Origin: Squalus acanthias | Taxonomy: Eukaryota | DNA length: 64,000 nt | Assembly (NCBI GenBank): GCA_030390025.1 | Contig: CM059432.1 | Span: forward strand, 57,104,001-57,168,000 | Direction: 5' to 3' | In this document: piece after piece, positions 13,116 to 24,720 of the stretch | Numbering within the stretch: the stretch's first letter is position 1 | Layout: every line of letters begins with the position of its first letter | Notes under the pieces: model-generated | Seen by the model: only the letters and a program-made list of their open reading frames with translations | Databases searched by the model: none | Told to the model about the DNA's origin: nothing | Program-made: the position numbers and the translations under genes

Positions 13116-14060
13116 ATGGCAGGAAATCTCGGAACCGTGTCGTGCTCCTCCTGTGCTATGTGGGAAATCAGGGACACTTCCAGTGTCCCTGACAACTATG
13201 TGTGCAGGAAGTGCGTCCAGCTGCAGCTCCTGACGGACCGCATGGTGGCACTGGAGCTGCGGATGGACTCACTCTGGAGCATCCACGATGCCGAGAACTT
13301 TGTGGATTACTCATTTAGTGAGTTGAACACACCGCGGGTAAAGGCTAGGTCAGACAGTAAATGGGTGACCAAGAGGCAGGGCAATATCAGGAAGGTAGTG
13401 CAGGAGTCCCCTGCGGTCGTCTCCCTCCAAAACAGATATACCGTTTTGGATACTGTTGGGGGAAATGACCTACCAGGGGAAGGCACCAGCAGCCAGGTTC
13501 ATGGCACCATGGCTGGCTCTGCTGCACAGCAGGGCGGGAAAAAGAGTGGTAGAGCTATAGTGATAGGGGACTCAATTGTAAGGGGAATTGACAGGAGTTT
13601 CTGTGGCCGCAACCGAGATTCCAGGATGGTATGTTGCCTCCCTGGTGCAAGGGTCAAGGATGTCTTGGAGTGGCTGCAGAACATTCTGGAAAGGGAGGGT
13701 GAAGAGCCAGCTGTCGTGGTGCATGTAGGTACCAACGATATAGGTAAAAAGCGGGAAGAGGTCCTACAAGCAGAATTTAGGGAGCTAGGAGCTAAATTGA
13801 AAAGTAGGACCTCAAAGGTAATAATCTCTGGGTTGCTACCAGTGCCACGTGCTAATCAGAGTAGCATGAACAGGATAGCGAGATTAAATACGTGGCTTGA
13901 GCATTGGTGCAGGAGGGAGGGATTCAAATACCTGAGGCATTGGAACCAGTTCTGGGGGAAGTGGGACCTGTACAAAAGGGACGGTCTGCACTTGGGCAGG
14001 ACTGGAACCGATGTCCTCGGGGTAATATTTGCTAAGGCAGTTCGGGAGGATTTAAACTAA
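13116..14060 (+). CDS. CR1 ORF1p: zinc finger/leucine zipper + SGNH esterase domain
   Basis: Intact 314 aa with CSSC...CRKC, a heptad Leu region and SGNH blocks IGDSIVR, HVGTND, DGLH. Confidence 0.9.
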   Translation: MAGNLGTVSCSSCAMWEIRDTSSVPDNYVCRKCVQLQLLTDRMVALELRMDSLWSIHDAENFVDYSFSELNTPRVKARSDSKWVTKRQGNIRKVVQESPAVVSLQNRYTVLDTVGGNDLPGEGTSSQVHGTMAGSAAQQGGKKSGRAIVIGDSIVRGIDRSFCGRNRDSRMVCCLPGARVKDVLEWLQNILEREGEEPAVVVHVGTNDIGKKREEVLQAEFRELGAKLKSRTSKVIISGLLPVPRANQSSMNRIARLNTWLEHWCRREGFKYLRHWNQFWGKWDLYKRDGLHLGRTGTDVLGVIFAKAVREDLN

Positions 14061-14107
14061 TATGGCAGGGGAATGGGAACCTATGTAGCGAAACAGGGGG
14101 AAGTAAT

Positions 14108-17046
14108 ATGCAGTCAGAAACAAATGTTAGACGGGTGAGAAACAATAAGGGAAATCCGAGTAAACAAAGGCAAGAAACACAAAGGGCCATACTAAATCAT
14201 AAGTCTAAAAGGACAAAGGATGTTAATAAAACAAGCCTAAAAGCTATGTGTCTTAATGCAAGGAGTATCCGTAATAAGGTGGATGAATTGACTGTGCAAA
14301 TTGATGTTAACGGATATGATGTGATTGGGATTACAGAGACGTGGCTCCAGAACAATCAAGGCTGGGAACTGAATATCCAGGGGTATTCAACATTCAGGAA
14401 GGATAGAATAAAAGGAAAAGGGGGTGGGGTAGCATTGCTGGTTAAAAAGGAGATTAATGCAATAGCTAGGAAGGACATTGGCTTGGAGGATGTGGAATCA
14501 ATATGGGTTGAGCTGCAGAACACCAAAGGGCAGAAAACGTTAGTGGGGGTTGTGTACAGACCTCCAAACAGTAGTAGTGAGGTGGGGGAGGGTATGAAAC
14601 AGGAAATCAGAGGTGCATGCAAAAAAGGCGCAGCAGTTATCATGGGTGACTTTAATATGCATATAGATTGGGCTACTCAAACTGGAAGCAATACGGTGGA
14701 GGAGGATTTCCTGGAGTGTTTAAGGGATGGTTTCCTAAACCAATATGTTGAGGAACCAACTAGAGGGGAGGCCATCCTGGACTGGGTGTTGTGTAATGAG
14801 GAAGGACTAATCAGCAATCTTGTGGTGCGAGGCCCCTTGGGGAAGAGTGACCATAGTATGGTGGAGTTCTACATTAGGATGGAGAAGGAAACAGTTAATT
14901 CAGAGACCATGGTCCAGAACTTAAATAAGGGCAACTTTGAGGGTATGAGGCGTGAATTGGCGAGGTTAGATAGGCAAGCGATATTTAAGGGGTTATCAGT
15001 GGAAGGGCAATGGCAGACATTTAGAGATCGCATGGATGAACTACAGCAATTGTACATCCCTGTCTGGCGTAAAAATAAAAAAGGGAAGGTGGCTCAACCA
15101 TGGCTAACAAGGGAAATCAGGGATAGTATTAAAAGCAAGGAAGTGGCATACAAATTGGCCAGAAGTAGCAGCAAACCCGGGGACTGGGAGAACTTTAAAA
15201 CTCAGCAGAGGAGGACGAAGGGTTTGATTAGGGCAGGGAAAATAAAATATGAAAGGAAGCTTGCGGAGAACATTAAAACGGACTGCAAAAGCTTCTATAA
15301 ATATGTAAAAAGAAAGAGGTTAGTAAAAACAAACGTAGGTCCCCTGCAGTCAGAAACAGGGGAAGTCATAATGGGGAACAAAGAAATGGCAGATCAATTG
15401 AACAAGTACTTTGGTTCGGTGTTTACTGTGGAGGACACAAACAACCTTCCGGAAATAAAAGAGATCAAAGGATCTGGTAAGAGGGAGGAGCTGAGGGAAA
15501 TCCTTATCAGTCGGGAAAAGGTGTTGGGGAAATTGATGGGACTGAAGGCTGATAAATCCCCAGGGCCTGATGGTCTGCATCCCAGAGTACTTAAGGAGGT
15601 GGCCTTGGAAATAGTGGATGCATTGACGATCATTTTCCAACATTCCCTAGACTCTGGATCAGTTCCGAAGGAGTGGAGGGTGGCTAATGTAACCCCTCTT
15701 TTTAAAAAAGGAGTGGAGGGAGAAAGCAGGGAATTATAGACCGGTCAGCCTGACATCGGTGGTGGGTAAAATGATGGAATCAATTATTAAAGATGTCATA
15801 ACAGACCATTTGGAAAGTGGCGACGTGATAGGTCCAAGTCATCATGGATTTGTGAAAGGGAAATCATGCTTGACAAATCTTCTGGAATTTTTTGAGGATG
15901 TTTCCAATAGGGTAGACGGGGGGGGAACCAGTAGATGTGGTGTATTTGGACTTTCAGAAGGCCTTCGACAAGGTCCCACACAAGAGATTGGTGTGCAAAG
16001 TTAAAGCACATGGGATTGGGGGTAATGTGTTGACGTGGATTGAGAACTGGTTGGCACACAGGAAACAAAGAGTAGGAGTAAATGGGCACTTTTCAGAATG
16101 GCAGGCAGTGACCAGCAGGGTACCGCAGGGTTCGGTGCTGGGGCCCCAGCTGTTTACATTATATATTAATGATTTGGACGAAGGGATTAATTGTAATATC
16201 TCCAAATTTGCGGATGACACTAAATTGGGAGGCAGTGTGAACAATGAGGAGGATGCTAGGAGGCTACAGAGTGACTTGGACAGGTTGGGTGAATGGGCAA
16301 ATGTATGGCAGATGAAGTACAATGTGGATAAATCTGAGGTTATCCACTTTGGTGGTAAAAATAGGGAGGCAGACTATTACCTGAATGGTGGCAGATTAGG
16401 GAAAGGGGAGGTGCAACGAGACCTGGGCGTCATGGTACATCAGTCACTGAAGGTAGGAAGGCAAGTGCAGCAGGCAGTCAAGGAAGCAAATGGCATGATG
16501 GCCTTCATAGCAAGGGGATTTGAGGACAGGAGTAGGGAGGTGATGCTACAGTTGTACAGGGCCTTGGTGAGGCCACACCTGGAGTATTGTGTGCAGTTTT
16601 GGTCTCCTAACTTGAGGAAGGACATTCTTGCTTTTGAGGGAGTGCAACGAAGGTTCACTAGATTGATTCCTGGGATGGCCAGACTGACATATCAAGAAAG
16701 ACTGGATCAACTGAACTTGTATCCTCTGGAGTTCAGAAGAATGAGGGGGGATCTTATAGAGACGTTTAAAATCCTGACTGGTTTAGACAAATTAGATGCG
16801 GGCAGAATGTTTCCAATGTTAGGGAAAACTAAAACCAGGGGTCACAGTCTAAGGATAAAGGGGAAGCCATTTAAGACTGAGATGAGGAGGAACTTCTTCA
16901 CCCAGAGAGTGGTGAATTTGTGGAATTCTCTACCACAGAAGGTTGTTGAGGCCAGTTCGCTAAATATATTCAAAAGGGAGTTAGATATAATACTCACAAC
17001 TAGGGGGATCAAGGGGTATGGCGAGAAAGTAGGAATGGGGTACTGA
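14108..17046 (+). pseudogene. CR1 ORF2p (APE endonuclease + reverse transcriptase) with two +1 frameshifts
   Basis: NARS, ITETW, VYRPP, GDFN, SDH (EN); KSPGPDG, LDFQKAFDKV, PQGSVLGP, FADD (RT). Extra base near 15714 (GGAGTGGAGG vs GGA GGG AGG) and an extra G in the G8 run 15918-15925. Confidence 0.9.
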
Positions 17047-17449
17047 GGTAGCATGTTCAGCCATGAACGCATTAAATGGCGGTGCAGGCTCGAAGGAGCG
17101 AATGGTCTACTCCTGCACCTATTTTCTATGTTTCCAAACTTTAAGTAAGAGTATATTTTCAAAAGTGTGAGGCTTGCTACTTTCAATAGTTAGAGACTTG
17201 GACGATCCATCATTTACTCCCGGAGGCACTTGCCAGAACCCTGCACCAGGCAAAGGTGAAGGAAGGAGGGCAATCCATTAGTGAGGATTGAACTGAACTG
17301 AGTTTGTGGAATCCAATTCTGGGTTGATCCTTATACTCTGCTGTCCTCAGTGGAAATGCTTCTTCCATCCTCAAACAAATTTGAGAGCTCACTAGACAGA
17401 GCAGTGCTCAGCAATTGTTGGTTCCATTTCAAGGAGAAGGAAAGTATGA

Positions 17450-17710
17450 ATCCTCTGTGGAAAGAAGCAGAGAGTTAGCCCTAGAACTTTCCTCAGACTG
17501 CAAAGACTACATCTAACCAATCCTGGCATATGGCTATTATTCTAGGTGCACAGCAAGTCAGCCACAGATTAAAAGGCTACAAACAACGCAGAACCGAGCA
17601 AAAAAGGCAGCCTATCGCCTCACACATTTCATCTGCCAAATCTGTCTGCACAACATCTGTGGACTCCAAACAATGGAAGCAAGGCTTCTGAGACTACGGA
17701 AGAAGTAGCA
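17450..17710 (+). mobile_element. Jockey/I-group-like LINE RT C-terminal relic
   Basis: Manual translation: ILCGKKQRVSPRTFLRL / KDYI*PILAYGYYSRCTASQPQIKRLQTTQNRAKKAAYRL...LHNICGLQTMEARL, resembling the YxxYIRPILEYG...LQxIQN region of Jockey/I-type RTs. Confidence 0.5.
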
Positions 17711-18084
17711 GCAGTCGGCAAGGACTGATCCATCATTGTCACTGCTTTCTGTAAGAGGAACAGAACCCACCCAAGTTGCATTTGCAACAGTGCAGTTTCT
17801 GTGGGGGTGGCAAACCTTAGCAACATTCAATCAGAGAGGATTGCGGCACAGGGGTCGATTGAGTGGCACTGGAATCCACATATGGTTCAGAACTGAACGC
17901 TATAATTTCCAGAATATCCCATGTAAAAAGGGTAATAAACCCTGGGCCATCTTTAAAAAGCTTTCTATGGACACAGGATGTGATGTTTTTCATTCTTCAT
18001 GGACACATGGCATGAGCAACACTACAAATTATATAAATTGAGAAAGCAACGTGCAGGACAGCACCAAAGTTGAAACAGTAACTT

Positions 18085-18275
18085 TTAAATCTGAAATAAA
18101 AACAAAAAATGCTGAAATCATTCAGCAGGTCAAGCAGCTTCTGTGGAGAGAGGAAAGTAGGATTAATATTTAAGGTCAATGACCTTTCATCAGAACTCCG
18201 CTGAACCCTACCTTCCTCTCCACAGATGCTGCCTGACTTGATGTGTGTTTCCAGCTTTTTCTGTTTTTATTACTA
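18085..18275. mobile_element. Penelope-like terminal-repeat remnant (two inverted halves) with decayed hammerhead motif
   Basis: AAAAATGCTG..CAGCAGGTCAAGCAGC..CTGTGGAGAG followed by its inverted counterpart CTCTCCACAGATGCTGCCTGAC...TTTTCTGTTTTTATT. Minus strand reads CTGATGA-A-AGGTC-ATT-GACCT-TAAA. Confidence 0.6.
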
Positions 18276-19178
18276 TAGTATATGACTATAGAAGCATTGA
18301 TAAAATAGCGAGTGATGAGAAAGACTACAGTGCAGAGAGGTTGGAGATGAGAGAGAAATAATTCTTCGCACAGTTTTTTCTTGTATCCTATGTAGTATTG
18401 TATCAGAGGTGTTAGACAAGCTTCCCTAGATATAGGAGCACTGGTGAATTGTTAGAAAGACTTGTGCTTTATAGAGAGTGCAGAATTGTTGAGGGGAAAA
18501 AAGTCTTGTCATGAAGAGCAAACTACGCTTCTTGGCGGCAACTTTAGCAATGTGGATGTGGGCACGTCGATATGAGGTCAGAGGATGATGACGGATGAAG
18601 ATGATATCAAAGGTAAGAAGTGTAGGGGGAAAAATTCGGTTGCTTAGCGCCTCCCGTTAGCACCTCCGGGGGCACTAACGGGGCGCTCGGAAGTTAGCGC
18701 CCGAGCGCGGCGATGTTAGCGCCGCTCGCGAAATTGACCAGACATTTTGCAGCGGCGTTGAACACTACCGCCACGATCTCCTGCGCCCACAGATCGTGAC
18801 GTCAGTTGAGCGTGTAGCACCCCAGACTGGATATTGAATTGCGCCCCCTTCCTTTCCGCCTGCCGCTGGCAGCGACAGGTAGAGGGAAACGTTTTGCAGT
18901 CGGGAAGGGGCTGGGGGAGTGCTATTTAAAGGCAGCCGCTTCCTGCCTTTTTTTGTCGGCGACATTTTTGCACCACACATTCTGAGAGGGAGAGAGACTT
19001 CTGGAGAGATTCAATGCTGTGTGAAGGAGTTTTAGGTCCTGAGCAGCACTTTGCAGGTTCATTTTGATTTGACCTTCATTGCAGCGATTTAGAAGAGACT
19101 CGGGGGGCTGCACTGAATCGGGGCATCCTGCACCTGCAGAATCGGAGGCAGCAGAGACGCAGAGAGAGAGTGGCAAAC

Positions 19179-20237
19179 ATGGCCAGAGGGAGGAGTCTCA
19201 ACAGGCCACTGCACAGGAGATCTTACCCTCTGAGGGTATTCAGGGAGCAGTTCTCATACCTCTATTTGTCTGAGGAGTAGTGTTTGCGCAGGCTGCACTT
19301 CAGCAAGGAGGTGATCACTGAGCTCTGCCACCTGCTGCAACCAGATCTGCAGCCTCAACTGAGGACCAGGACATCTCCGTCGGTGGCAGTGAAGGTGACA
19401 GTGGCTCTGAATTTTTATGCTAGCGGCTCCTTTCAAGCTTCTACTGGGGACATCGCCAATATCTCCCAGTTCGCTGTCCATTGTTGTATCCGAGAGGTGA
19501 AAAATGCCCTGTATAAAAGGAGACGCCAGTACATCTCTTTCCCTATGACCTGGGCCAAACAGCATGAACGCGCATGTGGCTTTGCGAGGATAGCGGGCTT
19601 CCCCATGGTGCAGGGTGCCATTGACTGCACGCATGTGGCATTGCGGGCACCGCATGAAAATACAGAAGTATTCCGAAACCGCAAGGACTACCACTCCTTA
19701 AATGTGCAGTTGGTCTGTAACCACACACAGCTCATACTCGCCGTCAATGCCCGCTATCCTGGCAGCAGCCACGATGCTTTCATCCTGCGCCAGACTGGTG
19801 TGCCAGACCTTTTCCAGGCACCGCATCACCCAAGCGGATGGCTCCTCGGGGACAAGGGTTATCCACTCTGCACCTGGCTGATGACACCGCTCCGTAACCC
19901 CAACACCCCTGCTGAGCTGCAGTATAATGAGAGCCATATCGCCACCAGGAACATAATTGAGCAGACGATCGGCGTGCTCAAGCAACAGTTCCGCTGTCTG
20001 GACCACTCAGGAGGAGCCCTGCAGTACTCGCCTGAGCGAGTCTCCCTCTTCATAGTTGTGTGCTGCATGCTTCACAACCTGGCAATCCTGAGGACCCAGC
20101 CAATGCCACCAGGGATTGGTGCACCACCTGAGGAGGATGAGGAGGAGGATCAGCAGTAGCACCAACGTGGGAGGGAGGCGCACAATGTTTCCCGTGCAAG
20201 GGCCGTCCGTGAACGGCTGATAAGAAGCCGCTTCTAG
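19179..20237 (+). pseudogene. Harbinger DDE transposase (HARBI1-like) with two in-frame TAG stops
   Basis: GAIDCTH, YPGSSHDAFIL, LLGDKGYP, IEQTIGVLK, CCMLHN. Reading frame runs from ATG 19179 through TAG 19278-80 and TAG 20157-59 to ...ARAVRERLIRSRF* at 20237. Confidence 0.9.
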
Positions 20238-20536
20238 GCCCCTACTCAGAAGATGGCTTCTGGCATGGAGAACAACATCATGGAAAGCAACCCACACCCC
20301 CTATTGCCGGCCAAAGCTGGAATGATTCCAAAGGCCAAAAATACAAAAACTTTTTTCTTTAACAAACTTTGTGTGTGTCATTTATTCAGGACAAACAATT
20401 AGAAACCAACACAACAAATCATGAACGAGCAGAACTGGTTCTCACAAGATGGAGATAAACGGCAAAACAGTAAACAAATGTAATCACACGAACCTCGACC
20501 TTTACCACGGACATTCCCACCATTTATTTAGACCTC

Positions 20537-22443
20537 CTACTGTTTGCCCTTCGAGGGTAATCTCCATCCCCTGCGCACTTCCTCCCTTCCCACCCTACTG
20601 CTCCTCCGTAATGGGGCCCCAGTGGCTGCAGCAAGGCTGGTGGAAGGCTGCTCAATGCTGGATCCAGACACTGCAGATGCCCTTGAAGGATGCCCTCGAC
20701 CAGCTCTGGGCCTGGAGGCCCCGGCTGCAGACTGCACCAACTCTGCATGGGCGGCAGCAGTCTGGGCTGGCTGTGTTGCAGGCCCGTGGCAAGTGCAATG
20801 GGGAAGTGCCAGTGGTGGGAGCAGGAATGCTGTCATCCTGAGAGAGGACAGCACCTTCCTGCTCAACTGACACACTGGCACTCCCACGGAGCAGTACCTC
20901 AGCATCCGGAGCAATCTGTTCGAGCACAGATTGCTGGCCTGCTGCGGCACCGTGAGAGCCCCGGGCAATTTGGCCGACCCAGCGAGGATGGCAGCGGTCA
21001 GTGCTTGTGTGACTGAGACTGCATGAGAGCAGTCTGAGACTGGATCGCACCAGCCAATGACTGAATTGCAGCACTAAGCCGTTGCGTTGCGTCGGCCTGT
21101 GCTGCAGTGGACTGTTGCACACTCCTAGCCAGTCCATCAATGCTTTCGGGCACCCTTGCCATTGCACCCATGAGCTCAGTGTGCATGCTCAAGGCCTGGC
21201 TATTCATGGCCGCGATGACGCGGTCCTCATCTGAGTCCTGTGCAGCAGGACTCGCTTGCCTACTCGCCCTCCGGGGAGCTGGCCCCTGAGCTTCCCTACC
21301 CCCATGGCGTTGCTGCAGCCCGCTGGGTCCCGGAGCTTCACCCTCATCAGACCCTACCCCCCTGCTCCCCTCCAGGGAAGGCGTGGTCCCAGTGTCGGAA
21401 TGGGCTCCCTCGGGAGACGCAGGCGGTGAGGCTCCGGCTTCCTCTTCCTCCTCGCCTGGGGCGTCGCTGCCACTGGTAGGTTGAGGGACAGGCTGGTCAG
21501 CTGGTGGTTCACTATCTGAAAGCAGGGAGGTACAAGAGTGGCTTTAGCGTCAGGACAGGGGGGCAGTAAGGGAGCAAGGACTAGAGACATTTAGTAAGTT
21601 GGATTGAAAGTGTAAAAGGCTGGTGTTGTGAGGGGCAAGTGGAATGAGAGAGGAGAGAAAGCTGATGAACATACCATTGCAGTCCCCAAGGGGGTCGACC
21701 TCTTCAGCGGCCATGGCACCTATGACCTGGCTGGCAACTATCCTGTGCATGTGCACCTCCAAATCAGTGAGGGTCTGTAGGTCAGCCGGTCCTCCTCCCG
21801 TGCGTTGCTGCTGCCGCCTGTTATGAGAGAGCTTGGCCTGCAAGAAAAAGGACGGCGTCTGAGTGAATGTGCAGCCATGTGCTTGCCTGATGTGCCTCCC
21901 ATAGTTGAATAGCCCTTAATGTATGCAGCCATGTGCTTGCCTGATGGGCCTCCCATAGTTGAATAGCCCTTAATGTATGCAAGGTGTGGAATGTGCGTGT
22001 GTGTTTTATGAGAGGGCCATAGGTCTTGGATGAGTGTTGGGAATTTGGGGTTTTTAAACTCTCTGGGCACAGAGTGAAGTTGAGATGGAGGGATGCAGAG
22101 GTATTGAAAAGCAGCCACTCACCCTGACCACCCGAGTGAGGTTGTTGAATTTCTTCCGACATTGGGTGTGGGTCCTCAGCACCAGGCTCCTCGAGGAGAC
22201 GTGCTGAGCCACCTCCCTCCAGACTCTTCTGTATTCATGGGGCAATGGCCTCCTGCCACTCTGTGGGTAGAGCACTGCCCGTCGCCGCTCCACAGCGCCA
22301 ACCAGAGCCACCAAGGCCCAGTCGCTGAAGCGCTGAGCTCTTTCCCTGGGCCTATCATTGGTGGTTCCAGCACAATTGCTTACAGGTTTCTCCAAGCCGA
22401 GATTCAAGGCTGCAATGAGCAGGGTGTGGCTGGACAGCAACAT
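20537..22443 (-). pseudogene. Harbinger Myb/SANT-like DNA-binding protein, 3 exons, 3' part frameshifted
   Basis: Exon 1 22443-22123 (RFSDWAL...W..VA..V...RT..QCRKKFNNL) with donor GTGAGT. Exon 2 21837-21675 (AKLSHNRRQQQRTGGGP) with donor GTATGT. Exon 3 from 21515 is in frame with ORF 20998-21207, then frameshifts toward 20537. Confidence 0.85.
21870..21981. repeat. 54-bp tandem duplication in Myb gene intron 1
   Basis: Two copies of TGCAGCCATGTGCTTGCCTGATGKGCCTCCCATAGTTGAATAGCCCTTAATGTA, one mismatch. Confidence 0.95.
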
Positions 22444-23219
22444 GGACCCTCCCCTTTAAGAACTGTCTGTGTTCCATTGCTAACTGACATCACCTGAGCT
22501 TCGGTAGCACTCTGAGGTAGTGCCTCGTTCCTCGACGTTAGCACCTTAAGACAGGTGTGTAGCGCCTGATTTAGCGCTCAAATCACCTCCAGGGGTGATG
22601 GAGGCCAAGTTTGCAGTCGGAGGCGATAATTCGTGCCGGGCGCTAAATTTTGCGCCCGGCCGATAATAGCGCCCCAAACGGGGCAATACCGAATTTCTCC
22701 CCCGTAAGCGGTTGGATAGACTTGCAAGAGACATAAAGTAACAGTCTTATAAAAATGAAAAGAAACAAAATTTTCATTGCCATGCCAAAGGTCATGAATG
22801 AGATGAAGATTTAATGATCTACTGGAACTGTAATAAAATATATTCTATCATATTGGTTTTTTTTTCCACAGTTTCTTATGCAGCTAATATACATACACAT
22901 CCTTTAATTCTCAGCTGTAGCGGGAGTAATTTTAGCAAGTAGAATTTCTCAACATTTCTCTCGCAATGAAATTCGTGAAGAAAAACTTGTGGTTTAAAAT
23001 AGATCTGAGTTAATGGTAATGAATTGTGATTTAAACAACATGGGTTTAATTTGGGATCAATTGCATCTCTTGCCAAAATTACCTGCTAAATTGTTGATTG
23101 TGATTTTCAAAGTGAAAAAACAACCCGAATCCTAATCAGGCTATTTGAGAGACTATTTATTGTGCTGATCAGGTATTTTTTGCATCTAGCTCTGTAATGT
23201 TGCACTCAGATAGAACTAC

Positions 23220-23518
23220 AACCGAGGCCCCATCTGCCCTCTCAGGTGGATGTAAAAGATCCCACGGCACTATTTTGAAGAAGAGCAGGGGAATTCTCCC
23301 CAGTGACCTGGCCAATACTTATCCCTCAACCACCACCTAAAACATTATCTGGTCATTATACCATTGCTGTTTGTGGGACCTTGCTGTGCGCATATTGGTT
23401 GCCGTGTTTCCTACATTAAAACAGTGACTACACTTCAAAAGTGCTTCATTGACTGTAAAGTGTTTTGAGACGTCCTGAGGTCATGAAAGGTGCTATATAA
23501 ATGCAAGCCCGACTTTCT
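23220..23518 (+). mobile_element. Deu-domain SINE (SacSINE1/AmnSINE1-like), 5'-truncated
   Basis: AACCGAGGCCCC..CTGCCCTCTCAGGTGGATGTAAAAGATCCC...GCTATATAAATGCAAG, matching 40280-40747. Confidence 0.85.
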
Positions 23519-23726
23519 ACAATTATGACTCTTTAAAATACAGGATAAAATCTAATGTCTGGTATCTCTATATAAGCTAGCTCTTTAATTGTGTTGAGGT
23601 ACCTGTGTGCAGATGGTTTGTAAGCACATGTTGCACTGGAATAATATATCCTGAGTAATATATAAAAAGACCTGTAATACATAAAAATCATGCAGGAGAC
23701 CATGGGTAACATGACATTACAAGGTG

Positions 23727-24365
23727 TCAATCATAGCTCAGTGGTAGCACTCTCGCCTCTGAGTCAGAAGGTTGTGGGTACAAGTCCCACTCCAAGGACT
23801 TGAGCACAAAATCTAGGCTGACACTCCAGTGCAGTACTGAGGGGGTGCAGCACTGTCAGAGGTGCCGTCCATCAGATGCGACGTTAAACCGAGGCCCCTT
23901 CTGCCCTCTCAGGTGGGAATAAAAGATCCCATGACCAATGTTCCCTCTAAGCTGCGCGACAGCGCAGTAATGGGAAAGGTCCCACGCGTGCCGCTTACCG
24001 GCTTCGCCGTTGTACGTACCGCGCATGCGCGGAAATTTAAAGGGACCGCGCACAAAAAGAAACAGACCACACAGAACAAGGCGCAGCTTGTAGGGAACGT
24101 TGCCCACTGTACTATTTCAAAGAAGAGCGGGGAGCTTTCCCACTGTACTGGCCAATATTTATCGCTCAACAGACAACACAAAAACAGATTATCTGGTCAT
24201 TATCACATTGCTGTTTATGGGACCTTGCTGTGCGCAATTTGGCTGCCACCTTTGCTACATTACAAAAGTGACTACAGTTCAAACGTACTTCATTGGCTGT
24301 GAAGTGCTTTAGGGCATCCTGAGGTCGTGGAAGTTACTATATAAATGCAAGTCTTTTGTTCTTTC
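23727..24365 (+). mobile_element. Full-length tRNA-headed Deu-SINE interrupted by a 167-bp MITE
   Basis: A-box TAGCTCAGTGG, B-box-like GGTACAAGTCC, Deu body and L2-type tail. Confidence 0.85.
23936..24102. mobile_element. hAT-like MITE
   Basis: 22-bp TIRs CAATGTTCCCTCTAAGCTGCGC / GCGCAGCTTGTAGGGAACGTTG. An 8-bp SINE segment is duplicated on both sides (CCCATGAC / CCCACTGT, diverged). Confidence 0.8.
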
Positions 24366-24519
24366 TATACCTGAAGAAAAAAATGCATTGGAGCTGAGCA
24401 CTGGTTGGATGGTCTTTATTTGCTTTTGTTGTCCTAGTAACACTCAGCTGCATACAATTTAAAAACTGAGAAAAAAGGGGGTTTCTGAGCACGTACACTA
24501 TGTGAAAATAAGCAAATTT

Positions 24520-24720
24520 AAATAAAGACAGAAAATGCTGAGATTTGTCACAAGTTGACAGCATCTGAAACAGAAAAGGCAGATTTACAGACAGAAATCC
24601 TTCAGAATCTTCACTCTGATGAAGGATCTACATTTAAAATATTATCCTGTCTTTTCTCTTTCAGGTACTACATGTTTCCAAAAATTTTTCTTTTTTTTCA
24701 GAATTCCACTATTCCAAGTT
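24520..24720. mobile_element. Old Penelope-like terminal remnant (inverted halves)
   Basis: ACAGAAAATGCTG...CAGCATCTG, then CTGATGAAGG at 24616. Same family as 18085-18275 and 33195-33340. Confidence 0.45.

Larger units (their letters stand above)
13010..17134 (+). mobile_element. Near full-length CR1 LINE
   Basis: ORF1 + ORF2 + 3'UTR ending CCTATTTTCTATGTTTC. 5' boundary approximate. Confidence 0.95.
18625..22703 (+). mobile_element. Full-length PIF/Harbinger DNA transposon (decayed autonomous copy)
   Basis: TIRs GGGGGAAAAATTCGGT / ACCGAATTTCTCCCCC (15/16). 3-bp TSD GTA at 18622-18624 and 22704-22706. Convergent transposase and Myb/SANT genes. Confidence 0.95.

Noticed and set aside
14356..16658. 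Antisense ORFs within CR1 copies (and similar ones elsewhere)
   Set aside because: Shadow frames of RT coding sequence that recur in every copy; no independent coding signal.
19284..20159. Domesticated host gene HARBI1
   Set aside because: It lies between TIRs with a TSD, is paired with a Myb gene and has premature stops, so it is a transposon copy.
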